A stretch of 64,000 nt of DNA from Candidatus Niyogibacteria bacterium RIFCSPLOWO2_01_FULL_45_48. Its GTDB lineage: Bacteria; Patescibacteriota; Minisyncoccia; HO2-45-28. Of this stretch, positions 18,448 through 28,515 are shown piece after piece. The DNA lies in NCBI GenBank assembly GCA_001819395.1, contig MHMQ01000032.1, forward strand, positions 20,150 to 84,149, read 5' to 3'. The notes beneath the pieces are model-generated. The model was not told where the DNA came from. It saw only the letters and a list, made by a program, of their open reading frames with translations, and made no database searches. The position numbers and the translations under genes were made by a program. Numbering within the stretch: position 1 is the stretch's first letter; every line of letters starts with the position of its first letter.

Positions 18448-18522
18448 GCCGCCCTAGCTCAACGGCAGAGCAACGGTTTTGTAAACCGTAGGTTCCGAGT
18501 TCGAATCTCGGGGGCGGCTCCA
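18448..18522 (+). tRNA. tRNA-Thr (anticodon TGT), CCA encoded
   Basis: Acceptor GCCGCCC/GGGCGGC, D-stem GCTC/GAGC, anticodon stem ACGGT/ACCGT with loop TTTGTAA, T-loop TTCGAAT, 3' TCCA. Confidence 0.85.
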
Positions 18523-18532
18523 GAATCAAAAT

Positions 18533-18564
18533 AACCCCGTTCCGATGTCGGAACGGGGTTTTAA
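18533..18564. terminator. bidirectional rho-independent terminator
   Basis: AACCCCGTTCCGA-tg-TCGGAACGGGGTT 13-bp stem; T-runs on both strands; lies between tRNA-Thr and the convergent minus gene. Confidence 0.7.
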
Positions 18565-18998
18565 TGTGGAAAATCCGGCTGAACAATCGATTCGAAACAT
18601 CCTCGCGGGCCGAAAATCCAGATTGCGGCATAGTCATCTTCTATGCCGTATTCTTGTCCCCAGCGCGTTGCTATTGTGTAAGCTTCAATTTCAGCGACGT
18701 TGCGGCACTCATATTTTCTTTTGTTGTAATCTTGGAGAAAATGGACTAGTTCGTGAAGCATCGTTCTTTGGTCCTTTAAATCTTTTGGGTTAAAATCTTT
18801 CGGTAAGTATAAAGTGTTTTTGTCGTAGCTTGCCCTGACTTCTTTGTGTATAGTTGAACCTATTACGCCGTATACGATTATTTTCATCGCCTCAGCGGTT
18901 CTATACTCAATTTTTGGCAGTTCGGACTTATCCTTTGGCAGATTGAAGTCTGTGCGCATACCCAACCAGACAAGCAATGACAGAATCAGTGCTTCCAT
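18561..18998 (-). CDS. small secreted protein with HExxH motif (putative Zn-peptidase-like)
   Basis: 145 aa; signal peptide MEALILSLLVWLG; TMLHELVHFLQD. Confidence 0.35.
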   Translation of the reverse strand: MEALILSLLVWLGMRTDFNLPKDKSELPKIEYRTAEAMKIIVYGVIGSTIHKEVRASYDKNTLYLPKDFNPKDLKDQRTMLHELVHFLQDYNKRKYECRNVAEIEAYTIATRWGQEYGIEDDYAAIWIFGPRGCFESIVQPDFPH

Positions 18999-19034
18999 GG
19001 CGCCCTCCGTTTTTTTATTTTTGTCGGAGCGTTT

Positions 19035-19571
19035 TTACTTAACCGGCTGGAAAGTAAGGACACTGAAAATAAGAGCCGTGCTTAAGGTCATTAAAACGAG
19101 CTCACCCGCAATAAAACACCAGGCGATTTTTTTTGATTTCATGAACTTATCTTTTTCTTCCCAGCCCGCATCTTCTTTATATTCGGTTTTTCTAAAAGCG
19201 TTTACGCAGCTTACTGCCTCAATCCCGCCCAATATAGCATAACCAAAAGCCAGGATAAACAACATTAGCGGCAAGTAAGGCCAGAGCAAACTCGGTTTTA
19301 TAAACATTGACGCGACTATGGCCATGGAAGAAATGGCGATATGGGCGGAGCCGGTGTTTACGGCGTATTTGGTTTTTCCAACAGCCCACGCGAAGACACA
19401 GAGCGAAACGCCGATAATAATAAACGTAAATCCCAGCATCCATTCGTTTGAGATCGGGCCTAGCGCGTTTTCGAAATAAGTCCTGTTTTTCCTGACCCAG
19501 TCAAAAACAAAATAGAATGAGACCGGCATATAAACAGTTACAAGCGCGCCGACAACGAGCATCTTAAGCAC
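19035..19571 (-). CDS. hypothetical polytopic membrane protein
   Basis: 178 aa, 5-6 predicted TM helices. Confidence 0.4.
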   Translation of the reverse strand: MLKMLVVGALVTVYMPVSFYFVFDWVRKNRTYFENALGPISNEWMLGFTFIIIGVSLCVFAWAVGKTKYAVNTGSAHIAISSMAIVASMFIKPSLLWPYLPLMLFILAFGYAILGGIEAVSCVNAFRKTEYKEDAGWEEKDKFMKSKKIAWCFIAGELVLMTLSTALIFSVLTFQPVK

Positions 19572-19650
19572 GTTTTCTCCTTTGGAAAACAGCTTCTACT
19601 GTCAATATTAATCCTGGCGTGTCCTGGGCGCAATGGGTTAGAATTGTATT

Positions 19651-20883
19651 ATGAACAAGAGAGTCGCTGTCATAGTTGGCGGCGGGTTTGGCGGGGTAAG
19701 GGCGGCCTTGGACCTGTCGCGTCACAAGCATGATTTAAAAGTGGTTTTGGTTGACAAAAACGGATACCATTCGTATCCGGCCGACTACTATAAGCTTCTT
19801 TCGCCTTCGTCCGATCATAAAGAGCATTTCGGGCCAGCCAAATTCCGCCTGATGTTTTCAAGCGTTTCAATTCCTCTTCCTGAAATTTTTGAGGGCATTG
19901 AAAGCGTGGAAATTTTGACGGACGAAGCCGTGGGCTTCGATGTTCGCGCGAGCCTAGTCAAATTGGCCTCCGGCGGAGAAATAAAATACGACTGGCTTAT
20001 TCTTGCTCCGGGGTCGGTGACGAATTTTTACGGCGTGCCCGGCCTTAAGTCGCGTGCTTTGGAATTTAAAACAACGTCAGACTCACTGAATCTCCGCAAC
20101 GCGGTTGACGAGGTTTTTGAGCGAAAAGGAAAACGAGAGCCTATAAACATAGTTGTTGGCGGGGGAGGATTTACCGGATGCGAAGTGGCTTCGGAGCTTG
20201 TGGGGTATGCAGACAGTCTTTCGCGCATTCACGGCCATCCCAGAGACAGCGTTTATGTTTCAATAATAGAAGCTTCGCCGGTCTTGCTCGGGCCTTTAAG
20301 CGATTGGGCCAAGCGCAAGACGGAGGCGAGGTTAAAAAAACTTGGCGTTAAAATTTTTCTTTCCGACCCGATTATTGATGTTATGGATGGAGCATTGCGG
20401 CTAAAAAGCGGAAAAGAAATCCGGTTTGATGTTTTGGTTTGGGCCGCCGGAGTCAAAGCAAATTTTTTGGGCGAAAAAATTGAGGGAGCGGAGCTGGCCA
20501 AAGGATCGTGCTTAATGGTTGACGAATATTTAAGAGTCGGAAACCATGAAAATATTTTTGCCGTAGGCGATATCGCTTTTTGCGAAGGGTTTGATAAAAA
20601 GCCGATGCCGATGACCAGTCAGACCGCAGTATCGCAGGGGCAGTACGTCGCTTACTCAATCAAAAGACAGCTTCACGGCCGGAAAATTTTCAAATATCAT
20701 CCGAGGGAATCAAAATTTATCATGCCTCTCGGCGGTAAATACGCCATAACCGACTTGGGGTTCGTTAAAATTTCCGGATTTTTAGCGTGGTATCTTAAAC
20801 GTTTCGTGGCCCTGAAATATTTTTTAAGCATTTTACCCGCCACGAAAGCGTTTAAAGTTTGGTGGAGAGGGGCGAGGTTTTGA
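19651..20883 (+). CDS. ndh: type II NADH dehydrogenase (NDH-2) / FAD-dependent pyridine nucleotide-disulfide oxidoreductase
   Basis: 410 aa; two dinucleotide-binding motifs VAVIVGGGFGGV and IVVGGGGFTGCE; C-terminal amphipathic membrane anchor. Confidence 0.75.
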   Translation: MNKRVAVIVGGGFGGVRAALDLSRHKHDLKVVLVDKNGYHSYPADYYKLLSPSSDHKEHFGPAKFRLMFSSVSIPLPEIFEGIESVEILTDEAVGFDVRASLVKLASGGEIKYDWLILAPGSVTNFYGVPGLKSRALEFKTTSDSLNLRNAVDEVFERKGKREPINIVVGGGGFTGCEVASELVGYADSLSRIHGHPRDSVYVSIIEASPVLLGPLSDWAKRKTEARLKKLGVKIFLSDPIIDVMDGALRLKSGKEIRFDVLVWAAGVKANFLGEKIEGAELAKGSCLMVDEYLRVGNHENIFAVGDIAFCEGFDKKPMPMTSQTAVSQGQYVAYSIKRQLHGRKIFKYHPRESKFIMPLGGKYAITDLGFVKISGFLAWYLKRFVALKYFLSILPATKAFKVWWRGARF

Positions 20884-20916
20884 TTTTGATTGCTTGGCGT
20901 GGTAATTTTAGCGCGT

Positions 20917-21651
20917 ATGGCCGAGCTTTTGGAGATAAAAAATTTAAGTTCGTCGGTTGACGGTAAAAATGTTTTAAACGGGGTTGATTTAGAGGTTGGC
21001 GGGGGAGAGGCGCATGTGATTATGGGTCCGAACGGTTCCGGGAAAAGCACATTGGCTTTGTGCGTTATGGGGCATCCGGCTCACAAAATTAAAAATGGTG
21101 ATATTTTTTTTGCCGGTCAAAAATTAAACAATTTAAAAACAGACGAACGAGCGCGTCTCGGTATTTTTCTTGGATTTCAAAACCCTCTTGCGCTTGAGGG
21201 GGTGAGTTTTTTTTCTTTAATGCAAGCGGCAAAAAATTCACAGGATGTTTTCGGTTTGAGAGACGAAATTGCGCAAAAATTTTCAAATCTGGGTCTTTCC
21301 GACGATTTTATAATGCGTCCGGTTAATGACGGCGCCTCGGGAGGAGAGCGAAAAAAACTTGAATTGGCCCAATCGCAAATGCTTTTGCCAAAGCTCGCCA
21401 TTTTTGACGAAATTGACACCGGTTTGGACGTTGACGCATTAAAAAAAATAGGAGAAGAAATTAGTGAGTTTAAAAATAACGGAACGGCCGTGGTTTTGAT
21501 AACACACTATCAAAGAATTTTAAAATATGTTAGACCGAACAAGGTTCATATAATGATGGACGGTAAAATTGTTAAAAGCGGCAACGCGGATTTAGCCGAG
21601 CGTATAGGCAAATCCGGCTATTCATACTTAAAATGTCCCATTCAAAACTAA
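20917..21651 (+). CDS. sufC: Fe-S cluster assembly ATPase SufC
   Basis: Walker [13 protein letters not shown] signature SGGERKK, Walker [12 protein letters not shown]; ATG at 20917. Confidence 0.9.
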   Translation: MAELLEIKNLSSSVDGKNVLNGVDLEVGGGEAHVIMGPNGSGKSTLALCVMGHPAHKIKNGDIFFAGQKLNNLKTDERARLGIFLGFQNPLALEGVSFFSLMQAAKNSQDVFGLRDEIAQKFSNLGLSDDFIMRPVNDGASGGERKKLELAQSQMLLPKLAIFDEIDTGLDVDALKKIGEEISEFKNNGTAVVLITHYQRILKYVRPNKVHIMMDGKIVKSGNADLAERIGKSGYSYLKCPIQN

Positions 21652-23027
21652 ATTTTAAATACAAATACGGGTTTTTTGATAAAGAAAAGCCGGTGAGCGC
21701 TTTTCAGGCGGGGCTTTCTGAAAATGTTGTGCGGGAACTCTCGGGGATAAAAAGTGAAGACGGGTGGATGCGCGATTTTCGCCTTCGCGCGCTTAAAATT
21801 TTTGAGAGCAAAAAAATGCCCGAATGGGGAGCGGATTTGTCCGGCATTGATTTTAACAATGTCATATATTTTGTTCGCCCTGCCGAACGTCAAGGGATAA
21901 GCTGGGACGAAGTGCCCCCATACATCAAAAACACCTTTGAAAAATTGGGAATACCCGAAGCCGAAAGAAAATATTTGGCCGGAGTTTCGGCGCAATACGA
22001 TTCAGAGGTGGTATATCACAATATGAAAGGCGACTGGGAAAAGAAGGGCGTTATTTTTTGCGACACCGATACCGCGTATAAAAAATATCCCGAAATTTTT
22101 AAAAAATATTTTGGCTCAATCATTCCGCCAGCGGACAACAAGCTCTCGGCTCTTAATTCAGCGGTTTGGTCGGGCGGAAGTTTTGTTTATGTTCCCGCGG
22201 GCGTAAAAGTTGACGTTCCTTTGCAGGCCTATTTCAGAATAAATGCCAAGAATATGGGTCAGTTTGAGCGGACTTTGATAATTGCCGAAGAGGGTTCGTC
22301 GGTTCACTATATTGAAGGATGCACCGCGCCCAATTATTCAACCGCCTCGCTCCATTCCGCGGTCGTGGAAATAATCGCCAAAAAAGGTTCAAATGTGCGC
22401 TACACGACAGTACAAAACTGGTCCAAAAATGTTTATAATCTCGTGACCAAACGCGCGTTTGTGGAAGAAGAAGCGAATGTTGAATGGATCGACGGCAACA
22501 TTGGTTCTTGCGTGACGATGAAGTACCCCGGTGTTATTTTAAGGGGTAGAAAAGCGCGCGGTTCGGTTTTATCTTTGGCATACGCCGGGGAAGGCCAGCA
22601 TCAGGACGCCGGAGCTAAAGCCATTCATTTAGCGCCCGAAACTTCAAGCCGGATAATATCAAAATCGGTGGCATCCCTCGGGGGCAGAACAAGTTATCGT
22701 GGAATGGTCAAAATAATTAAAGGAGCCAAAAACTCCAAAAGCAAAGTTGTCTGCGACGCCCTTTTACTTGACGCAAAATCCCGTTCCGATACTTACCCGA
22801 CGATGGACATAAAGGAGCCGTCATCCGCCGTTGAACACGAGGCATCCGTTTCAAAAATAGGGGAGGATAAAATTTTTTATCTCGGCTCTCGGGGAATTAA
22901 AGAGTCGGACGCGACCGGCCTTCTGGTTTCAGGATTTTTAAGCGACCTGACCCGCGAGTTGCCGATGGAGTATGCGGCTGAACTTAACCATTTATTAAAG
23001 TTAGAGATGGAAGGAAGCGTAGGATGA
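21633..23027 (+). CDS. sufB: Fe-S cluster assembly scaffold SufB
   Basis: 464 aa, SufB beta-helix region; follows sufC with 19-nt overlap. Confidence 0.9.
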   Translation: MSHSKLNFKYKYGFFDKEKPVSAFQAGLSENVVRELSGIKSEDGWMRDFRLRALKIFESKKMPEWGADLSGIDFNNVIYFVRPAERQGISWDEVPPYIKNTFEKLGIPEAERKYLAGVSAQYDSEVVYHNMKGDWEKKGVIFCDTDTAYKKYPEIFKKYFGSIIPPADNKLSALNSAVWSGGSFVYVPAGVKVDVPLQAYFRINAKNMGQFERTLIIAEEGSSVHYIEGCTAPNYSTASLHSAVVEIIAKKGSNVRYTTVQNWSKNVYNLVTKRAFVEEEANVEWIDGNIGSCVTMKYPGVILRGRKARGSVLSLAYAGEGQHQDAGAKAIHLAPETSSRIISKSVASLGGRTSYRGMVKIIKGAKNSKSKVVCDALLLDAKSRSDTYPTMDIKEPSSAVEHEASVSKIGEDKIFYLGSRGIKESDATGLLVSGFLSDLTRELPMEYAAELNHLLKLEMEGSVG

Positions 23028-23028
23028 T

Positions 23029-23622
23029 ATGGAAATAATTGATTTAAATTCGGATATTGAAAAGAAAATAAGTTTGGTTCAAAACGAAGAAAAGTTTTTT
23101 GTCTGGCTTCTGGGGAGTGGGGGAAATTTTGACGGAAATTTTGTTTTTGATCTGGATGCCGAAGCGAGGTTGACGAACATTTTTTTATTTTCAGCAAATG
23201 ACGCCGATGATTTCAGGGTCAACATTTCGGTAAGACACCTCGGAGAAAATTCTTTTTCAAACACTTTTATTTATGGACTTGGGTGCGGCGCAGCCAAGTC
23301 CTCTGTTCTTGCCAAGGCGCGAATTGATAAAGGGGCAAAACATTCAAGCGCGTGGATTGAGGGCAGAGCGCTTTTGTTCGGCGATTCACAATGCCGTATT
23401 GACCCCCTGCTTGAGGTTGAAACATCGGAGGTTGAGCGCGCGGGACACGCGGCCGCGGTGTCCAAGGTTTCGGACGAAGAACTTTTTTATATGGCTTCCC
23501 GCGGTGTCGCGAAACTTGAGGCCGAAAAGTTAAAAAGCGAAGGATTTTTGTTCTCACCTCTTTTAAAATCGGGAGTTGGTTTTAAAGAAGCGCGCGAGAT
23601 TGTAAAATCGCTTATAATATAA
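23029..23622 (+). CDS. sufD: SufD-like protein (short, beta-helix core only)
   Basis: 197 aa; FYMASRGV (cf. SufB/D FYLxSRG); position after sufB. Confidence 0.65.
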   Translation: MEIIDLNSDIEKKISLVQNEEKFFVWLLGSGGNFDGNFVFDLDAEARLTNIFLFSANDADDFRVNISVRHLGENSFSNTFIYGLGCGAAKSSVLAKARIDKGAKHSSAWIEGRALLFGDSQCRIDPLLEVETSEVERAGHAAAVSKVSDEELFYMASRGVAKLEAEKLKSEGFLFSPLLKSGVGFKEAREIVKSLII

Positions 23623-23627
23623 ATAAA

Positions 23628-24836
23628 ATGCCGCTCAATTCCGAAAAAGTTAAAAAAGACTTTCCGATACTAAAACGCGGAATTATTTATTTTGATAACG
23701 CCGCGACAACACAAAAGCCGCGAGTTTTGGCGGAAAGACTGGCTGAAAGATACGCAAAATCGCATGCCAATGTTCATCGCGGAGCTTATAAAATGGCCGA
23801 AGAAACTACCGAAGCGTTTGAAAACGCCCGCCAAAAAATCGCCGATTTTTTGAGCGCCGAAAGTTCCAAAGAGATTATTTTTACCAGAAATGCTACCGAG
23901 GCAATTAATCTTGTTGCTTATTCTTTCGGCAGGAAACTGAAAAGAGGCGACAGGATTTTAACTTGCGTTTCGGAACATCACTCAAATTTTGTCCCGTGGC
24001 TTCGCGTTGCCAAAGAGCGCGGTTTGAAGCTTGATGTTGTTGAACTGACGGCGAATCATAATTTTAATTTTGCCGATTTTAGGAAAAAATTAAACAAAAA
24101 AACAAAGTTGGTCGCAGTAGCGCATATTTCCAATGTTTCCGGATATATTTATCCGGTTGAACGTATTACGCGCGAGGCTCATAGAGTCGGCGCTTTGGTT
24201 TTGATTGATGGCGCGCAATCAGTCGGGCACATGCCGGTTAACGTCAAAAAAATCGGGTGCGATTTTTTTGCTTTCTCGGGCCACAAAATGCTTGGTCCCT
24301 CCGGTATAGGCGCACTTTGGGGAAGGGAGGAGATTCTGAAGAATATGGAGCCGTTTATGTCGGGTGGCGAGATGATTCGCGAAGTAACGCTTAAAAACGT
24401 GACATGGAACGATTTGCCGTGGAGGTTTGAGGCCGGAACTCCGAATATAGAAGGAGCGATTTTGTGGGGAGAGGCGATTGATTACTTAAAAAAAATCGGT
24501 ATGAAAAATATTGAGGCGTATGAGCGCGAGCTTTTGAAACATGCGCTTTTAAAAATGAAAAAACTGCCGTTTATCGATTTAATGAAAATGTTAGACCTAG
24601 GAGGTCGCACGGGGATAATTTCCTTTAATATCAAAGGCGTTCATCCTCATGACGCTTCAACCATGCTTGACCAATATGGAATCTGCGTTCGCGCGGGCAC
24701 CCACTGCGCCCAGCCGTTTATGAATCATTTGGGAGTGCCGTCAACACTGCGCGCGAGTTTTTATCTTTACAACACCAAGCGTGAAATTGACTACTTTATC
24801 CGCGCGCTTAAAGAAATTCATAAAAAATTTATCTAA
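23628..24836 (+). CDS. sufS: cysteine desulfurase SufS (class V aminotransferase)
   Basis: 402 aa; PLP-lysine region FFAFSGHKMLGPSG, active-site Cys loop GTHCAQP. Confidence 0.9.
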   Translation: MPLNSEKVKKDFPILKRGIIYFDNAATTQKPRVLAERLAERYAKSHANVHRGAYKMAEETTEAFENARQKIADFLSAESSKEIIFTRNATEAINLVAYSFGRKLKRGDRILTCVSEHHSNFVPWLRVAKERGLKLDVVELTANHNFNFADFRKKLNKKTKLVAVAHISNVSGYIYPVERITREAHRVGALVLIDGAQSVGHMPVNVKKIGCDFFAFSGHKMLGPSGIGALWGREEILKNMEPFMSGGEMIREVTLKNVTWNDLPWRFEAGTPNIEGAILWGEAIDYLKKIGMKNIEAYERELLKHALLKMKKLPFIDLMKMLDLGGRTGIISFNIKGVHPHDASTMLDQYGICVRAGTHCAQPFMNHLGVPSTLRASFYLYNTKREIDYFIRALKEIHKKFI

Positions 24837-24862
24837 AAATCTGTTCTAATATTCTTGAGAAT

Positions 24863-25279
24863 TTGAGAATGAATGATATATATCAGGAGTTGATAATGGA
24901 GCATGCGAGAAATCCGAGAAATGTCGGAGTTATTCGAGGTGCCAAGAAAATTTTGGCTAAAAATCCTTTTTGCGGAGACGAAGCGGAGATTTATTTAAAA
25001 ATTAAAAACAACAAGGTCATTGACATAAAATATCAGATTCAGGGGTGTATTTTATCTCGCGCTTCGCTCTCAATTTTTTCGGAATATATTAAGGGAAAGT
25101 CTACAAGCGCGGTCTCAAAAATCAAAGACGAAGATATTTTCAAAATGATCGGCGGCACCCCCTCACCCTCCCGCCAAAAGTGCGTTTTATTTGGATGCGA
25201 AGCAATTCATGCTAATTTAGATACATGGCCGAAGAAAAACCCATCGACAAGACTCATGACAAGAAGATCGCAAAAATAG
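24863..25279 (+). CDS. sufU: SufU/IscU-like Fe-S scaffold (NifU N-terminal domain)
   Basis: NPFCGD, QIQGCILSRAS, FGCEAIH cysteine triad; 3' tail overlaps ferredoxin gene. Confidence 0.7.
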   Translation: MRMNDIYQELIMEHARNPRNVGVIRGAKKILAKNPFCGDEAEIYLKIKNNKVIDIKYQIQGCILSRASLSIFSEYIKGKSTSAVSKIKDEDIFKMIGGTPSPSRQKCVLFGCEAIHANLDTWPKKNPSTRLMTRRSQK

Positions 25280-25479
25280 AGATTGACCGCGAGCTTTGCA
25301 CGGGAGCCGCGAGCTGCGTTGCCATAGCGCCCGGGGTTTTCGCGTTAGATAAAGAAAATAAGGCCTTTGTTGTTGATAAAGACGCGGCAGACCCGGAAAC
25401 CATACTTAATGCCGCAAAATCCTGTCCGACCAAAGCCATTGTTTTGTTTGATGAAGATGGAAAACAAATTTTTCCTTAG
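25225..25479 (+). CDS. small 4Fe-4S ferredoxin
   Basis: 84 aa; CTGAASCVAIAP...CPTKAI pattern of single-cluster ferredoxins; follows the suf genes. Confidence 0.65.
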   Translation: MAEEKPIDKTHDKKIAKIEIDRELCTGAASCVAIAPGVFALDKENKAFVVDKDAADPETILNAAKSCPTKAIVLFDEDGKQIFP

Positions 25480-25559
25480 TTTTTTATTGATCTTGACTAA
25501 GCCGAAAAACAATACAAGTATTTAAACAGATTCGGCTTATAGAAAAACCGGAGGCAGGG

Positions 25560-26501
25560 ATGGAAGTCGCGGTTGGTTTTGCCTTAAATCCCGAACTTGT
25601 CGTTGAATACGACAGCAAACAGGGACCGCCCAACGCCAAATTGAAAATTTTGTCCACCGCCGTTCAGACAGCCGGTTCATCGGCCAATGTCGCTACTGCT
25701 CTTCATAAACTCGGCAGGCAGCCACATCTTTTTGGCTTGGTTGGCGCGTACGGCGAATATGTTGAGGATATTTTGCTTAAACATGTTTCGCAATCTTTGG
25801 ATTTTGAATGGACGCCGATTCCCGCGCTTAATCGCACGGGTTTTGCCTTACTGCGTGTTGATCGCGCTAATCCCTCCGAAAAAGTAATTGGACGGAGAGG
25901 CGAGGTTCTTAAAAATAAAACGGAAGAAGGGCGTTGTTTGATTCGCAGTTGTGGTATTCATGATTCTGTCATCCGCGTTGCTACCGGAGTCAGCATTTCC
26001 GAAGTTCCTTTGGCTCTTGCGCTATTTGAGCGGGGCCAAACTATTCTTACGCCAAACGCCGAACTTTTAAATCATCTCGAGGAGTTCCACCGCTTGCTGG
26101 CTCGCACATCTATTCTGGTTTGGAATGAAAACGAAGCTGACCAGTATCTTAGATCGCAAGGCATAAAGAAAACCAGACGTTTTAATATTCACTTCATTGG
26201 TCTCAGAGCTATTATAACGACAATGGGAAGCAGGGGCGGAAAAATTCAGGTTGATGGATGGGCCGAGCGTTTGTTCTCGACTCAAAGGCCGACTGGACGC
26301 ATCTTGAGCACTCAAGGGGCGGGCGACTGGTTTTTGGCCGGATTTATAACGGCCATGCTCGAATCAGGGGAGAGGCTTTCTTCTTTAGCCAATCCGCCGG
26401 AGAGTTTGATGGACTGGTGCGTGTTTGGAGCCAAGGTTGCCGCAAAAAAGCTTTCGTTTTTAGGGTCTGGACAAGGTCCATCGCGAGGAGACATAGAGTA
26501 G
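25560..26501 (+). CDS. PfkB-family carbohydrate kinase (second copy)
   Basis: 313 aa; C-terminal GAGDWFLAGF (PfkB GAGD motif). Confidence 0.6.
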   Translation: MEVAVGFALNPELVVEYDSKQGPPNAKLKILSTAVQTAGSSANVATALHKLGRQPHLFGLVGAYGEYVEDILLKHVSQSLDFEWTPIPALNRTGFALLRVDRANPSEKVIGRRGEVLKNKTEEGRCLIRSCGIHDSVIRVATGVSISEVPLALALFERGQTILTPNAELLNHLEEFHRLLARTSILVWNENEADQYLRSQGIKKTRRFNIHFIGLRAIITTMGSRGGKIQVDGWAERLFSTQRPTGRILSTQGAGDWFLAGFITAMLESGERLSSLANPPESLMDWCVFGAKVAAKKLSFLGSGQGPSRGDIE

Positions 26502-26525
26502 CGCATTTATTTTTAATAAAATAAA

Positions 26526-26547
26526 GCCTCCCAAAAGGGAGGTTTTT
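26526..26547 (+). terminator. rho-independent terminator
   Basis: GCCTCCC-aaaa-GGGAGG followed by TTTTT. Confidence 0.65.
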
Positions 26548-26549
26548 GG

Positions 26550-26578
26550 TTGCCATCTTAAAAATTAAGATTTATCAT
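26550..26578 (+). promoter_or_regulatory. sigma-70-like promoter for sod
   Basis: TTGCCA - 17 nt - TATCAT, 8 nt before ATG 26587 (near-leaderless). Confidence 0.45.
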
Positions 26579-26586
26579 ATTTAAAT

Positions 26587-27213
26587 ATGAAACACGAATT
26601 GCTAAAATTGCCATACGATTATTCGGCGCTTGAGCCATATATTGATTCCAGAACGATGGAGATTCATCACTCCAAGCATCATCAGGCGTATGTTGACAAA
26701 TTAAACGCGGCGCTTGAAGCCCACCTTGATTTGCAGGAAAAATCGGTTGAGGACTTGCTGAAAGATTTAAACTCCGTTCCGGAAGATATTCGAACGGCGG
26801 TTCGCAACCACGGCGGAGGGCATTACAACCACTCTATTTTTTGGACATCAATGGATTCGCCGACAAAGGTTGCTGTGACGGGCGGAAGCCGGGAGCCCGC
26901 AGGCGCGATTGGCGACGCAATAGACAAAGAATTCGGCAGATTTTCTGACTTCAAAGAAAAGTTCGCAGCGGTCGCGGTTGGCGTTTTCGGAAGCGGTTGG
27001 GCGTGGCTTGTGAAAGATAATTTGGGCAAGCTTATAATTATATCAACTCCAAATCAGGATAGCCCCGTGTCGCAAGGCCTTGCGCCGCTTCTTGGCATTG
27101 ATGTCTGGGAGCACGCTTATTATTTGAAATATCAAAATCGCAGGGCGGAGTATGTTGAAAATTGGTGGAATGTTGTGAATTGGGAGGAGGTTGGAAGGAG
27201 GTTTGTGGTATAG
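26587..27213 (+). CDS. sod: Fe/Mn superoxide dismutase
   Basis: 208 aa; [25 protein letters not shown] signatures. Confidence 0.9.
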   Translation: MKHELLKLPYDYSALEPYIDSRTMEIHHSKHHQAYVDKLNAALEAHLDLQEKSVEDLLKDLNSVPEDIRTAVRNHGGGHYNHSIFWTSMDSPTKVAVTGGSREPAGAIGDAIDKEFGRFSDFKEKFAAVAVGVFGSGWAWLVKDNLGKLIIISTPNQDSPVSQGLAPLLGIDVWEHAYYLKYQNRRAEYVENWWNVVNWEEVGRRFVV

Positions 27214-27214
27214 T

Positions 27215-27238
27215 TTGCAAGAATAACAATTCACTTTC
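27215..27238. repeat. left arm of perfect 24-bp inverted repeat TTGCAAGAATAACAATTCACTTTC
   Basis: Exact reverse complement at 27394-27417; arms separated by 155 bp. Confidence 0.9.
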
Positions 27239-27393
27239 TTATGACGGCGCTTCGAATCTTAAAAATTATGGTCGTTTTGTTCGCGAAAAATTAGCGCGAT
27301 ACCCCGTTTGCCCTCTTGCTTCGCAAAAAGTTTTCCGACCGCGATTTTTCGCTCCAAAACTCCCTAATTTTAAAATATTCTCCGCGAGTCAAC

Positions 27394-27417
27394 GAAAGTG
27401 AATTGTTATTCTTGCAA
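27394..27417. repeat. right arm of 24-bp inverted repeat GAAAGTGAATTGTTATTCTTGCAA
   Basis: See 27215-27238. Confidence 0.9.
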
Positions 27418-27423
27418 TAAAAT

Positions 27424-27645
27424 ATGGAATCACGCATAAAAGAAATTTTGGATAAAGAAGTGAGGCCAATGCTCGCGATGCATCTGGGCGATTTGGAGTT
27501 TATGGGATTTGAAAACGGCGTTGTGAAGTTAAGAATGAAAGGCAACTGCCAAGGGTGTCCGTTGAGCATCGTCACACTTAAAGCGGGCATTGAGCGAATT
27601 TTAAAATCCAAAATTCCGGAGGTTCAAAGCGTGGAGGAAGCATAA
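27424..27645 (+). CDS. NifU-like C-terminal domain protein (Nfu-type Fe-S carrier)
   Basis: 73 aa; GNCQGCPLS CxxC motif. Confidence 0.75.
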   Translation: MESRIKEILDKEVRPMLAMHLGDLEFMGFENGVVKLRMKGNCQGCPLSIVTLKAGIERILKSKIPEVQSVEEA

Positions 27646-27698
27646 AAAACAAAAACCCGTCGCTTTGCGGCGGCGGGTTTGAAAATTCTCGCTAAAAA

Positions 27699-28424
27699 CT
27701 ATTCTTCTCGTCCCATTCCCTTGAAAATTGCTTCGTAGTCCGGCTCCTGTCGGGCTTTCGCGATCGGGGCGTATTTTTCTTTCCAGTATCCCACGCGGTT
27801 CCAGAAATTCTGGGACATCAGGAACTCGCGGTGGGATTTGTACATATCCGGAGGAAGATCGGGAATTTTGAACCAGCCGGATCCCGATATCTCTTTTCTA
27901 TAAGATTTTCGCGGTACTCCCTCCGCGCAGGTGAAGCACAAGAAGTATACGGTGTCAACCTCTTTGTCTATTTTAACCCTTCCGAAAACATCCCTCACAA
28001 CTTTTCCATCATCGTTTCTTAAGGGGTACTTTCTCACGAAACGGAAACGCTCGAGAACTTCTATTTCTTCTTTCTTTATTCCCGATTCGTCATGCGCCTC
28101 AACACCGGCTTTGTCCAGAAGCATGGCGTTCCTCATTTCTTCGCTGAGGCCGAGCCAAATTCTCATCGAGTCGCCGTCCAAGTTTCCCAGGTTCGCCAGC
28201 TCTTTTTTCAGCCCGGAGCCCTGATAAATTAAACGCGTTCGTCCCTTTTTTTGATCGTCGCGAAGTTTGGTTACCAGGTCTCTTATGGTTGTTCTGCCCT
28301 GCGTAAATCCCCATCCGCTTTGTTTGCCGCCGTATGAGTTGTTTTTCACCAGCAATATTTCTTCAAATGAGGGTTTAAACAGGATAACCCCGGCAGTTAT
28401 GTGTTCAAGCAGTATCTCCACCAT
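27699..28424 (-). CDS. hypothetical protein, possible Nudix-like fold with degenerate Nudix box
   Basis: ATG at 28424 with GGAGG 7 nt upstream; AGVILF...ILLVKN...GGKQSGWGFTQG resembles start of Nudix fold but REx2EE glutamates are absent. Confidence 0.35.
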   Translation of the reverse strand: MVEILLEHITAGVILFKPSFEEILLVKNNSYGGKQSGWGFTQGRTTIRDLVTKLRDDQKKGRTRLIYQGSGLKKELANLGNLDGDSMRIWLGLSEEMRNAMLLDKAGVEAHDESGIKKEEIEVLERFRFVRKYPLRNDDGKVVRDVFGRVKIDKEVDTVYFLCFTCAEGVPRKSYRKEISGSGWFKIPDLPPDMYKSHREFLMSQNFWNRVGYWKEKYAPIAKARQEPDYEAIFKGMGREE

Positions 28425-28515
28425 TCTGTTCCTCCGGTTCGGGTTTGTTGACAAGAATCTATTTTCGTCTATAATTATATATATAAACGAATAAAAAGTC
28501 AAGCTTTTTGAACGT

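Noticed and set aside
27162-27401. 79-aa ORF inside the 24-bp inverted-repeat element
   Set aside because: Starts inside the sod coding region, spans one repeat arm and ends inside the other. No RBS. More likely non-coding content of the element.
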